Below, piece by piece: positions 10,449 through 22,362 of a DNA stretch of 64,000 nucleotides; position 1 is the stretch's first letter; each line of letters opens with the position of its first letter. Both the position numbers and the translations under genes were made by a program. The stretch is from assembly GCA_031216635.1 (NCBI GenBank), contig CM062274.1, positions 26,484,913-26,548,912 on the forward strand, in the 5' to 3' direction. Source of the DNA: Dissostichus eleginoides (lineage: Eukaryota). A model generated the notes under the pieces. That model ran no database searches. It was not told the DNA's origin and saw only the letters and a list, made by a program, of their open reading frames with translations.

Positions 10449-12596
10449 ATGGAGGAAATCAATGACGATGTGGAAACTGTAAAACCCCTAACCCCAAGAT
10501 CAGCAACAATAAAAGAAGGTAAGTGTCAGTCAGACGGAGTGAGCTGTGGATTATGGATTTATTATACTCACTGGTCTTCTCTGTGTTCAGGTCCCAGGAG
10601 CTCAGAGAGATTTCCCCGAGCGTCTGTTCTCGGTTTTGGGCTGCTGAGTGTTTTCCTGCTGGCTGTCTTCATCGGACTCAAAGTCTACTGTTAGTCTGTT
10701 TTATAAGTTAATGTCATTTTGAATTTTCAAAAGCACTTTCTGCCCTCTGCCTTTTACTTAAGTTTGTATGAATGTATGAGGTATTTTCTGTTTAGAAAAC
10801 GTGTCTCTTGATCATTTCAGGCCATTACTTAGAAGGTGTTGCAGCTGCAGATCTCTCCGCTGTCAAAGCAAACCTGACTGAGAGTCTCCAGGCCAGAGAT
10901 CAGCAGCTGTCCTCCATGACTGAAGAGAGAGACAGACTGAAGGCCAACCTCACTGAAAAGACCAGAGAGGTGGACAGGCTCCAGAGTTTGATGGGTAAGG
11001 GTGAGTGCTTCATGTGGGGGGGTTTGCATAGGGCTCGGTATGTGTATGTAAGATATCAATTTCCATAATATTTTTTACAAAATACCTCGATATTGATAGT
11101 CTAAGGCTGACTATTGATGCTTTCATAAAATAGTAACACAATGACACTTTTCATTAATGATAATCAAGAAAGAGTTTTTAATGACTTAGTTGTGAGTGAT
11201 TTAATTCATAGTTTGTTTTATTTTTCTTCACCCACCATATTTATATTTCTCTGTAAACTATGCTTATGGCCAGTTTCCTTGTCTAAATTACTTTTAATAT
11301 AAGCAATAGGAAGAAGAACTTACAGGTAGTTTGTTCCAGATATTTGCAGCATAATAATAAAAAAGGATAACAAGGTTTCAAACCAATTTAGAACTGTTGC
11401 CGAAAGTCAGACCCAGTTTTCCAGTCGGTCTAGAAACTAACACCGAGATGTTGCCACTGTCTGTGTTTAAGTGGATGTCATTGAAGACTTTAACAAGATC
11501 AGTCTCAGTCTGTGGTGCCTGACTAGATCACATCGAAACAGTTATTTAAATCCCAAAAAAACAGAAGTAGTTGTTCTGCAATGAAATTTGTGATCTCTTT
11601 TGATCCCTCTAAAAATGCTTAATAAATATGTTTTTTCATTTTTATTACAAAAGTGACATATAATGCACTCAAGAGTTCCATATTTAAGCAGTTAAAGCAG
11701 TAAATCAACAAGATCTTACAACTTTTACAGAGACAACGTGTCCTGAAGGATGGAGGAAGTTTGGTAGTTCCTGTTATCTCCTCTCTACTGAGAAAGCTTC
11801 CTGGGAACAAAGCAGAGACAACTGCACAGCCAGAGGAGCAGATCTGGTGATCATAGACAGTTATGAAGAACAGGTAATGTGTGCTGCTCTAACACTTGTG
11901 ATTGTATAACTCCCTGCTTTTATCAATCAATAATGTTTTTATTGTACATATACTAGCAAATGTGTCTATCAGCTATAATGATTACGTTACAACAATGGTG
12001 TTAATTACATATTTCTGAGCTAGTAAAAAGGGAAAAGTTATCTGAATGTTGATGTCCATCCCAGTAAACTGCATTTTTAATATGTGAACAGGAATTCATC
12101 CCCAGCATGATCAAGGAAGAAACTTGGATTGGTTTGAGTGACAGAGAAGAGGAGGGGACCTGGAAATGGGTGGATGGATCTCCACTGACCCTGAATCTGA
12201 CGTAAGGCTTTACTTTGGTTTAAATACAGACGCTGGTTTATGTTGTGACCTTTCTAAATGTTTCACATGTTTCTGTAATGGGAGTTAACACAACACACAG
12301 GATGCATTTAAACGTAGGATGTCTGCCCCTTTCACCAGAAGATTCATTTGGGTATTAAGAAAAGAACATGGCTGTATTACTTATAGTTATTTGTATTTGA
12401 TGTCCAATCTTTTAGTTAATCTTGTTTTCCTGTAATACCTGTTAGGTTTTGGATAGAAGGAGAGCCTAATAATGGAGGAGGGCGTCCAGAGTGGGGTGAA
12501 GAGGACTGTGCACTGATCTATTTTTTTTACATCAAAACGTGGAACGACCTGTCCTGTGAGGACGATCTGCATTCGATCTGTGAGAAAGAAGCTTAA
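10449..12596 (+). CDS. Type-II C-type lectin, CD209/DC-SIGN-like (CLEC4-like), gene 1: the only fully intact copy (six exons, EPN mannose-type CRD)
   Basis: Exons are 10449-10518 ([24 protein letters not shown]), 10591-10689 (TM: [24 protein letters not shown]), 10821-11000 (neck: [51 protein letters not shown]), 11731-11873 ([45 protein letters not shown]), 12092-12201 ([37 protein letters not shown]) and 12446-12596 ([49 protein letters not shown]). All junctions are GT/AG and the phases are consistent. Confidence 0.85.
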
Positions 12597-14379
12597 CATT
12601 GGTGTCTGTTTGGATACCAAACATGCAATCAAGCTTTTACAATTTATTTTAAATTGAGTTATTTAAAACTATTCAAAATGCCTGATTTCATGAATAAGAA
12701 TTACGTTTCTTGTTTCGATAAATCCTAATTAGTTTAGATTAATGTCAGTAATAAATAAATAGTCATTTAATTTTTTTTTTGCCAACTTTTGTTTGCCTCA
12801 ATTAAATTAGTGTTTGTATTAATCCTTTTACCTATCAACATAAAAACAGCTTCTTAAAAACATCTGCTGATAAGCCCACAGTTCCTGAAAGTTATAATAT
12901 TGAAGGTGCCTTATTGAGCAGAATATGATACAAAAAAGAAAAATAACAACTGTCAAACGTTATTGAATAATTCCGACATATACAACAATACTCTAGACTC
13001 AGCATTGGTCTAACTTGTTCAAATGTGTAAAATAGCCTGTGTGTTATACAGTATGTTTCCTAACAATGACCTCTTGTGGCCATGTGAGTACAAATCTATT
13101 GCAGGTATTTAACATTCATAGGTACCAGCCACTTTGTACATACTGTAAGAACTAGTGCTGTCAATTAATACAAAAATTTATGTATGTTTATCACAATAAT
13201 AATCTGGGTCTTTAACTTCAGGATTTGCTCATGTTTCATTTAAAAAGTAAACTGCCTTTTATTTGAAGTTAATTACAGTACTTTAGTAAATGGGCAAATT
13301 AGATATAGCTAGATCAGGAAATGGCAACTTTCTTTGAGCATGCATACAAAGATAAAAACCGTATGAATATATTGTGGGTGTATTACATGTTCTCTGACAA
13401 GATAAAGCTCTTCCACTTCAACAAACTGCTGTTATCAGATAAAAAGCAGCTTTACCGCTTCACCTTTTTTTCTCAAAGTGAACAACTCCTTCCTGAAAGT
13501 TATCTTTGAAATGTATATATCTATGAAAATAATTTCAAATGAAGATCCCTGCTTTCACAACAATGTCATACTATTCTCTTTTTATTAACCAGTAAAACAG
13601 ATCTATACAGGATCAATACATTTTGAATATTATTCAATTAATGCAAATATTGGTTTGAGTGACAGAGAAGAGGAAGCGACCTGGAAATGGGTGGATGGAT
13701 CTCCACTGAATCTGACGTAAGGCTCTACTTTGGTTTAAATACAGACGCTGGTTTATGTTGTGACTTTTCTAACTTAATTTACACTGTGAGGGCATAAAGT
13801 CACATGTTTCTGTAATGGGAGTCAACACAACACACAGGATGCATTTCAAGTAAATGTTCAAATTTGATATAACTAGATCACGCAATGGCAACTTTTTTTT
13901 GACACGCATACCAAGATAAACACCTCAAAAGAAATACTGTAGGTATACTGAATGTGATTTGACAAGATAAAGCTCTTGCATTTCAACCAATTGGTGTCAT
14001 CAGATATAAAAGTGACTCTACCACCTCCTATGTTTTTCAACGTGAATAAATCTAAACGTTGTATGTTTATGATCAGCAGCAGACAGAATGCTTCAGAGGA
14101 AAGAAATTACAAAAAGTGAAATGCACACAACTGATGTTTGGTATTTGGCTTCATCAAGTGTCAATTGTTTTTTGTTAAGGAGGTCATACATAGTTTATTT
14201 GTGTAATCATAAACAAATGTAAGTATTTTGAAATGTTGTTGAAATCCAGATGTTACATTTATCTACCTGTTACAAAAAATAAAAACTATCAAAAATAATG
14301 AATCAAGTACTGCCAATATTATTTACCGAATAGATTTCATTGCCAGTCAGTCTTAAAATGTCTGTAATTGTTTTACCTC

Positions 14380-14945
14380 TCAGCAAAAGACTCTTTCAGG
14401 TATCCACCTAAACATTCGGGAAGGGGAAGTGAGAGTTGATAGAGGGGCTTCAATGTGGCTATAGTTGCAAATAAACCTTCTGTAAAAGTTAGCAAAACCC
14501 AGGAACTTTTGTAGTTGCTTACAGCTTTCCAAACTGGACCTGTCATGGACTGCTTTCACCTTGGCCAGGTCCATTCTTACTTGTCCTTTGGCCATGATGT
14601 AGCTGGGAAAAGAGACCGTAGAAGCATGAAACTCACTACTCTGCTTTAACGAACATGTGATTCTCCAAAACAGCTGTGCTTCACATGCTCATTTTGTTCA
14701 TTTAAAAAAAAATATCTGAATGTCATCAAGGTATATGAAAACAATATGTTAAATATGTGCCCAAGGACAACATTTACCAGGTTTTGGAATATAGCAGGGG
14801 CATGTGTGAGTCCAAACGGCATCACCAGGTTTTCCAAATGGCCAGAGGGGTGTTGAAAGCCGTCTTCCACTCGTCTTCTTTACGGATCCGGACTGGGAGG
14901 TTTGCATTTCGGAGATCAGGTTTGGTGAAAATTGTGGCATAGGGA
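14380..14945 (-). mobile_element. LTR-retrotransposon pol (RT/connection) fragment
   Basis: Minus ORFs read ...[24 protein letters not shown] and ...LQKFLGFANFYRRFICNYSHIEAPLSTLT, which are classic gypsy/ERV RT motifs. A duplicate lies at 23214-23790. Confidence 0.7.
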
Positions 14946-15224
14946 GTCAAAGGCAAAGTTCATTAGAGACAAGGGATACTTACACCGATCAACCATAACA
15001 TCATGACCACTGACAGGTGAAGTCAAAATTATGGGGGGGGACCCTAAAAATGACCTTTCTTATTAGGGGATCGCCCCCTGATAATGGTGGTGGAGATCTA
15101 CAGTGAGGTGAAGAGGACTGTGCAAGTCTTGTAAATGGAAGGGAAACCAGAAAAAACTGGAATGATCTGCAGTGAACTACCTTTCTGCAATGGATCTGTG
15201 AAACAATGGCTTAGATTATGGCTG

Positions 15225-15440
15225 TGAGGCAGTGGGTTTGTCTTCAAATGGGAAGGTTGTGGGTTCAACCCCTGCTCCTGCCGTCAACATGTCGCTGTAT
15301 CCCACTTAACCCCAAATTGCTCCCATGGCCAATGTGTGAATGTAAGCTTCCTTGAGCAGGGGGCTCTTTCTTTGGCTGACCCTGCCTATGAATACTAGTA
15401 AAGACTGCTTTATATAAAATGCAGTCCATTTACCAATACA
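15225..15440 (+). mobile_element. tRNA-derived SINE
   Basis: ggctgtgaggcagtgggtttg...gtgggttcaacccc gives A- and B-box-like motifs. Copies lie at 24056-24270, 28672-28800 and 39670-39800. Confidence 0.5.
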
Positions 15441-16691
15441 TGTGTTAATACTTTTACAATTTATGCAAAATGACTTCCAAAGTGCTTTTGTATTTGCCAC
15501 ATTATGGAGAAAGAGATTCTACATCAACAAGTGGTTGGAGGTCAGGAATGAAGATATTGGTTTGAGTTTTGGCCAAATTTGACTGCTTGTTACTGGGAAT
15601 ATTACATGGGAAATTAGGATGTTTAGCATGTATCTTTATTTATACGTGCTCATGACCATCATATGCAATTAAAGAAAGCTACTTATTGAAAAAAACTCCC
15701 ATTGGGATTTTAGCCTTTGAGACAATTTACATGCACAAAAACCTATATAACACACTAGGGAAGGGAAACCCCAAAAAGCATAACAGGGCCTCTTTTAGAC
15801 ATTAATTGGTGGATGGGTTTTGTACAGGATATTTTCACACACTCTGAAACGTGTAACTTCCTATTTAAAAAAAATAAGAAGAGAAATGTAACCAAAAGAC
15901 ATGACATTTTTACTACTTTGAAAAGAGCCTTCTGCAAACAATGGATAAATTGTACGTACTGTACTACTAAGTTTAAAATGATAGATAGATTTACAAATGT
16001 ATTCTTGTATAAGTTCACCTGTCTAGTCCTGTCATTGCACTTCCTGTTTTATTTTGTACTTACCTTTCCCTCTCGTTTCAGAGCTCTCCTGCCCTTGTGT
16101 GTCTGTTGCAACCTTTTCCCATTACCTCGTGTATATATAGTCCTCGTCTCCCTTTGTCCTGTGCCGGTTCGTCTTGTGCCTTGTGCCATCAAGAGAGCCA
16201 GCTTTTCATGCCAAGAAACATTTGTAGCTGCTTTCACAATGAAGACATGCTATTCTCTTTTTATTAACCAGTAAAATAGATCTTTACAGGAACAGAATAT
16301 TTTGAATATTATTCATCTTAATGGCTTTGTAAGATTATATGTCTCTATTTAACACAATCGACATGATTATCACACTTGTTTCAGTCTTAAATCTGTATTG
16401 TCAATGTGCTTTGGCAATAATATGTTTTTAATATAGTCATATCAATAAAGTGTATGTGAATTTGTCTTGACACTCAGTGTGAGAAATAAACAGTATTTCC
16501 TGATAGTCTTGTTTTTTTTTTTAATAGATATGAAAAGGATGTTCAAGGTTCAAGGTTCTTTATTTGTCATACGAACATAGCTACAGAGTAGTTATGTCGA
16601 TGAAAATCTTAGGTCACAGGCTTCTCCAACAGTGCAACACAATAATACAGAAAAACAGAAAAACATAGTGCAAGTAAATATTAAAAAGTAT

Positions 16692-16739
16692 GGATGTGTG
16701 ACTTCCTCAAAGGATGTATGACTTCCTCAAAAATATAAA
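16692..16739 (+). promoter_or_regulatory. Two tandem 20-bp GATGTGTGACTTCCTCAAAG promoter repeats of lectin gene 2 (ETS/PU.1-like core GAGGAAGT on the reverse strand)
   Basis: Direct reading. The repeat is 4 copies at 25540-25619 (gene 3), 2 copies at 48163-48210 (gene 5) and 54192-54240 (gene 6), and 1 mutated copy at 36454-36480 (gene 4). Confidence 0.5.
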
Positions 16740-16844
16740 GCATTTAGTAATTCAAACCAGCAACCACACTTTCCCCGGTCACATACTTCAGGGTAATTGC
16801 TGCAGAGCTGACCTTCTAGGAAATTGTTGGCATTCCCACGAGCA

Positions 16845-18992
16845 ATGGAGGAAATCTATGTCAATGTTGACGATATCAAACCCCTAAGCTCAAGATCATC
16901 TGCAAAACAAGAAGGTAAGAGTATCAGACCGAGTGCACTGTGGATTTTGGATTTATTAAACTCCCTGGTTTCTCTGTGTTCAGGTCCCAGGAGACTTCTC
17001 AGAGCGTCTGTTCTCGGTCTGGGGCTGCTGGGTGTTTTCCTGCTGGCTGGACTCATCGGCCTCGCTGTCCACTGTGAGTCTTTCTTTTAATACGTTTAAT
17101 AATGTCATTTTGAACGTGTGATTTTCAAGAGCAATATTCTGCTCTGAAAGATGCACATTTGACCAAAACCTCTATCGTTTTTCTACTTTTCTCCTAGGTC
17201 CAAAATAGGAAAACGTTCATTTTGGTTTGTCAGTATGATTGCATCAGGTAATTTAAAAAGACATCTATTTTCATTTCAGCTGCAGATCTCTCCGCTGTCA
17301 AAGCAGACTTGACTGAGCGTCTCCAGGCCAGAGATCAGCTGATCAACCAGCTGTATGTCAACCTCACTGAAAAGACCAGAGAGGTGGATTGTTTGAGTGA
17401 GTGCTTCATGTGGGGGTTTGCATAGGGCTCGGTATGTGTATGTAAGATATCAATTATCATAATATTTTGTACAAAATACCTCAATATTGATTATCTAAGG
17501 CTGACTATTGATCCTTTCATAAAATAGTTACACAATGAAACTTTTCATTAATGATAATTAAGAATTATTTTTTAATGACTTAGTTGTGAGTGATTTAATT
17601 TATAGTTTGTTTTATTTTTCTTCAGCCACCATATTTATATTTCTCTGTAAACTATGCTTATGGCCAGTTTCCTTGTCTAAATTACTTTTAATATAAGCAA
17701 TAGGAAGAAGAACTTAGAGGTAGTTTGTTCCAGATAATTGCTGCATAATAATAATAATAAAAAAGGATAACAAGGTTTCAAACCAATTTAGAACTGTTGC
17801 CGAAAGTCAGACCCAGTTTTCCAGTCGGTCTAGAAACTAACACCGAGATGTTGCCACTGTCTGTGTTTAAGTGGATGTCATTGAAGACTTTAACAAGATC
17901 AGTCTCAGTGCTGTGGTGCCTGACTAGATCACATCGAAACAGTTATTTAAATCCCAAAAAAAGAGAAGTAGTTGTTCTGCAATGAAATGTGTGATCTCTT
18001 TTGATCCCTCTAAAAATGCTTAATAAATATGTTTTTTCATTATTATTACAAAAATGACATATAATGCACTCAAGAGTTCCATATTCCAGCAGTTAAAGCA
18101 GTAAATCAACAAGATCTTAACACTTTTACAGCAACAATGTGTCCTGAAGGATGGAGGAAGTTTGGTTGTTCCTGTTATCTCCTCTCTACTGAGAAAGCTT
18201 CTTGGGAACAAAGCAGAGACAACTGCAGAGCCAGAGGAGCAGATCTGGTGATCGTAGACAGTGATGAAGAACAGGTAATGTGTGCTGCTCTAACACTTGT
18301 GATTGTATAACTCCTTGCTTTTATCAATCAATAATGTTTGTATTGTACATATACTAGCAAATGTGTCTATCAGCTATAATGATTACGTCACAACAATGGT
18401 GTTGATTACATATTTCTGAGCTAGTAAAAAGGGAAAAGTTATCTGAATGTTGATGTCCATCCTAGTAAACTGCATTTTTAATATGTGAACAGGAATTCAT
18501 CTCTAGCATGAAGATGAAGGAAGACACTTGGATTGGTTTGAGTGACAGAGAAGAGGAGGGGACCTGGAAATGGGTGGATGGATCTCCACTGACTCTGACG
18601 TAAGGCTTTACTTTGGTTTTAAATACAGACGCTGGTTTATGTTGTGACCTTTCTAAATGTTTCACATGTTTCTGTAATGGGAGTTAACACAACACACAGG
18701 ATGCATTTAAACGTAGGATGTCTGCCCCTTTCACCAGAAGATTCATTTGGGTATTAAGAAAAGAACATGGCTGTATTACTTATAGTTATTTGTATTTGAT
18801 GTCCAATCTTTTAGTTAATCTTCTTTTCCTGTAATACCTGTTAGGTTTTGGATAGAAGGAGAGCCTAATAATGGAGGAGGGGATCCACAGGTGGGTGAAG
18901 AGGACTGTGCACTCATCAAACCTTACACCAAGAGGTGGAACGACCGGTTCTGTAAGACCGATATGCATTGGATCTGTGAGAAAGAAGCTTAA
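16845..18992 (+). CDS. CD209-like C-type lectin, gene 2 (type A, EPN); the neck exon carries an in-frame 18-nt deletion
   Basis: Exons are 16845-16914 ([24 protein letters not shown]), 16984-17073 (TM), 17280-17396 ([38 protein letters not shown], lacking the RLQSLMDKG end), 18132-18274 ([45 protein letters not shown]), 18493-18599 ([36 protein letters not shown]) and 18845-18992 ([48 protein letters not shown]). Confidence 0.75.
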
Positions 18993-19894
18993 CATGCAAC
19001 ATGCAATCATGCTTTTACAATTTAGTTTAAATTGAGTTATTTAAAACTATACAAAATGCCTGATTTCATGAATAAGAATTACATTTCTTGACTCGATAAA
19101 TCACAATTTGTTTTTTTTGTGTTTTCTTTTCGGATTAATATCAGTAATAAATAAATAGTCATTTAATTTGATCAGGAAATGGCAACTTTCTTTGAGCATG
19201 CATACAAAGATAAAAACCGTAAAAATATATTGTGGGTGTCTTACATGTTATCTGACAAGATAAAGCTCTTCCACTTCCACAAACTTCTGTTATCAGATAA
19301 AAAGCAGCTTTACCGCTTCACCTTTTTTTCTCAAAGTGAACAACTCCTTCCTGAAAGTTATCTTTGAAATGATGTGCACTTTTTAGATTTATGATCAGCG
19401 GCAGACAGAGTACTTCAGAGGAAAGACATTTGTGTTTATCAGCATTTCAAATTAAGATCCCTGCTTTCACAACAATGTCATGCTATTCTCTTTTTATGAA
19501 CCAGTAAAACAGATCTATACAGGATCAATACATTTTGAATATTATTCATCTTTATGACTTTGTAAAATTATATGTCTCTATTTAACACAATGGACTTGAT
19601 TATCTCACTTGTTTCAGTTTTAAATCTTTATTGTCAATGTGCTTTGGCAATAGTGTGTTTTAAATGTGGGTATGTCAATAAAGCTTATTTGAATTTGTCT
19701 TGACTCTCAGCGTGAGAAAAAAAAACAATTTCCTTGTATTTTTTAGATAGATATATAGATAATGATCTGGTACAGTTGCTAGGACTACCTTTAGCACTTA
19801 AGAGGTGTGACATATTGATGGTGTTTGTTTTGTTTTATCCTTTATGCTATTGCCATTTTCCCAGACATCAGACATCATATTTCAAACTATCTAG

Positions 19895-20390
19895 ATGAAA
19901 ATATTTCATAGGGCTATTTTTAAGACCTTGCAGCTCTGGGTCTTAGCAGACCCTAGGATCCATGCTCAGTTCCATGCATGGAAAACGTTGGACAGATACC
20001 TTAGGTGCTTGGTAGCACAAATGGAAGTGGCACTCTTTTTTCTCTTGTTCTGTTGTCACGTGTTATCATTATTTTGAGTTTACCCGTACAGGGTCAAGTA
20101 TGGATACACTGTTGGAAAAGACAAGAAAGGCAATACAAATTATGTACACAGGTTTAGAAGCTCTGAAAGGTGCATTTTTGAGAAGTGATTGGAGAACTAT
20201 GTGTAAAGGAGAGTTGTTACAACACAGAAAACACCAGAATTTAAACTATGAACATTAATATAATTTCACTAATAGTTAATGTCCTAAGCAACCCAATTAA
20301 AAAAGTGCTTACACAAATGAAACATCAAGGTGGAGATATTGTATTCATGCAAGAAACACATCTGTCCAAAGTACTGACATGGCTGTATTA
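19895..20390 (+). mobile_element. Second copy of the L1-like ORF1/ORF2 junction fragment
   Basis: Near-identical to 1348-1830 (MKIFHRAIFKTLQLW...; ...MHETHLSK). It abuts an orphan lectin terminal-exon fragment. Confidence 0.55.
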
Positions 20391-20394
20391 CTAA

Positions 20395-20527
20395 AGAGCC
20401 TAATAATGGAGGAGTGCATCCACAGTCGGGTGAGGAGGACTGTGCACACATCCATCCTTACAGCAAAAGGTGGAACGACCTGTCCTGTAAGAACGATCTG
20501 CATTGGATCTGTGAGAAAGAAGCTTAA
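20395..20527 (+). pseudogene. Orphan C-type lectin terminal-exon (exon 6) fragment lacking its acceptor
   Basis: ...[42 protein letters not shown] is joined to the L1 fragment by a deletion. It is followed by the usual post-gene tail repeat. Confidence 0.6.
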
Positions 20528-21168
20528 CATTGGTGTCTGTTTGGATACTAAAGATGCAATCATGCTTTTACAATTTATTTTAAATTGAGTTATTTAAAAT
20601 TATACAAAATGCCTGATTTCATGAATAAGAATTACGTTTCTTGACTCGATAAATCACAATGTGTTTTTTTTTAGGATTAATATCAGTAATAAATAAATAA
20701 TCATTTAATTTGTTTTTGCCAACTTTTGTTTGCCTCAATTAAATTAGTATTTGTATTAATCCTTTTACATATCAACATAAAAACAGCTTATTAAAAACAT
20801 CTGCTGATAAGCCCACAGTTCCTGAAAGTTATAATATTGAAGGTGCCTTATTGAGCAGTATATGATAAAAATAAGAAAAATAAAAACTGTCAAACATTAT
20901 TGAATAATTCAGACACATACAACAATACTCTAGACTCAGCATTGGTCTAACTTGTTCAAATGTGTAAAATAGCCTGTGTGTTATACAGTATGTTTCCTAA
21001 CAATGACCTCTTGTGGCCATGTGAGTACAAATCTATTGCAGGTATTTAACATTCATAGGTACCAGCCACTTTGTACATACTGTAAGAACTAGTGCTGTCA
21101 ATTAATACAAACATGTATGTATGTTTATCAGAATAATAATCTGGGACTTTATCAGCATTTGAAATTAA

Positions 21169-22362
21169 GGCGAGACACCCCAGGCAAAAACATCGTTTTT
21201 CATGCACTGGTCAATTTTGAGATGTTGTCCTATTTTGATTCCATAACATGTTTTCTTTCAGGCTTTTGGAAGGAAAACGTACAAAATACACATTTAAGTG
21301 TTTATTTTACTATAGTTTGTCTATTTGCGTCTGTAGATTTCTCCTAAATTCACCAAAAGTTAGCTTTCTAACGTAACATAAAGTACCGCGACCGCTGTTT
21401 GCGCCATGTAATCAGAGCTATCGTTGGAAAGCTCCGTCTCTCCTGCACAATCTCATCGGATCCAAATATGGTCATTTCCTTTGTATCAGCAACCAATCGT
21501 GAAAGTAAAATGGGGGTCTTAAACCAAAAAACGAAATCTCATTGGCTGGTGTCAATTTCTGACAACGTGATTCGTTCAGATGCGTCACGTGGTGTGCTAA
21601 AACACTTCCTGGTTAGCTTTCCGCTAGAAATTTAAATCTCAAAATGGCAAAAGAACGGCGAAAAAAGTGTTCACAGAGAAGAGGACAACAATTGTCACTT
21701 GCACGAAGCAATGTTAGATAAAAAAACAAATGACCCCGAGCATGAAATACCTTCACGGAGTGCGTCGAGGTGCAAGCTGTCATCCAGAGAACAGGAGGGT
21801 TTAGCTAGCGCCTCACAGCAATCTTTAAGGGTCGTTTTCTCAAAATGAGTTTTTTCTCCTACTCTTGAGTTTGAAATGTCCACTTCAGTAGCACGTACAT
21901 ACACCAAACCTTCCAGTTATGTTCCTATCAATATTATGAAGGCTTTTACAGAAGGGTTTGTTCATATATCATTCATAGCCTGAATTATATAACATTGTAT
22001 ACATAAAAACGTGGCGAAAATTTATATTTTAGGGCTGTTGACAGTATTTTCTGATTTATGGAGTGATAAAAAGAGATATCCAAAATCCCTTCTGTAAAAG
22101 CCTTAGATACTAATATGACTACAAAATGACACAAGAAATTTGAACCTGGCTTTATCCAATGTTCAGATTTCGGTTCCTGCAATGTGTTAAAATATGCGCA
22201 TATTTAATGAGATAATGGATCATTTGCATATTTAAACATGCTATTTCAGAAAACCTGTAATACAAAAAACAATTGCCTTATTGTAAGTAATTAACTGGAG
22301 AAATGTCTAGCTGATATCTTTAAGTTAAAAAAAATTACCCTATTCACCTGGGGTGTCTCGCC
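21169..22362. mobile_element. Non-autonomous TIR DNA transposon (about 1.2 kb) flanked by a TTAA target-site duplication (piggyBac-type TSD)
   Basis: The termini GGCGAGACACCCCAGG...CCTGGGGTGTCTCGCC form a 16-bp perfect inverted repeat. TTAA sits at 21165-21168 and 22363-22366. The empty site ...aaattaagatccctgctttcac is seen in the paralogous repeat copies at 895-930 and 19441-19470. There is no transposase ORF inside. Confidence 0.8.

Noticed and set aside
10431-10694. The ORF-track product running straight from exon 1 through intron 1 into the TM exon
   Set aside because: The in-frame intron is a coincidence. A consensus donor (GAAG|GTAAGT) and acceptor (TGTTCAG|GTCCC) are conserved in all six paralogs.
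11619-11810. The minus-strand ORFs [30 protein letters not shown]..., recurring at 18020, 26964, 37975 and 49623
   Set aside because: They are antisense reading frames across lectin exon 4 and its intron. The sense frame with GT/AG junctions gives a conserved CTLD, while the antisense frame has no motif.
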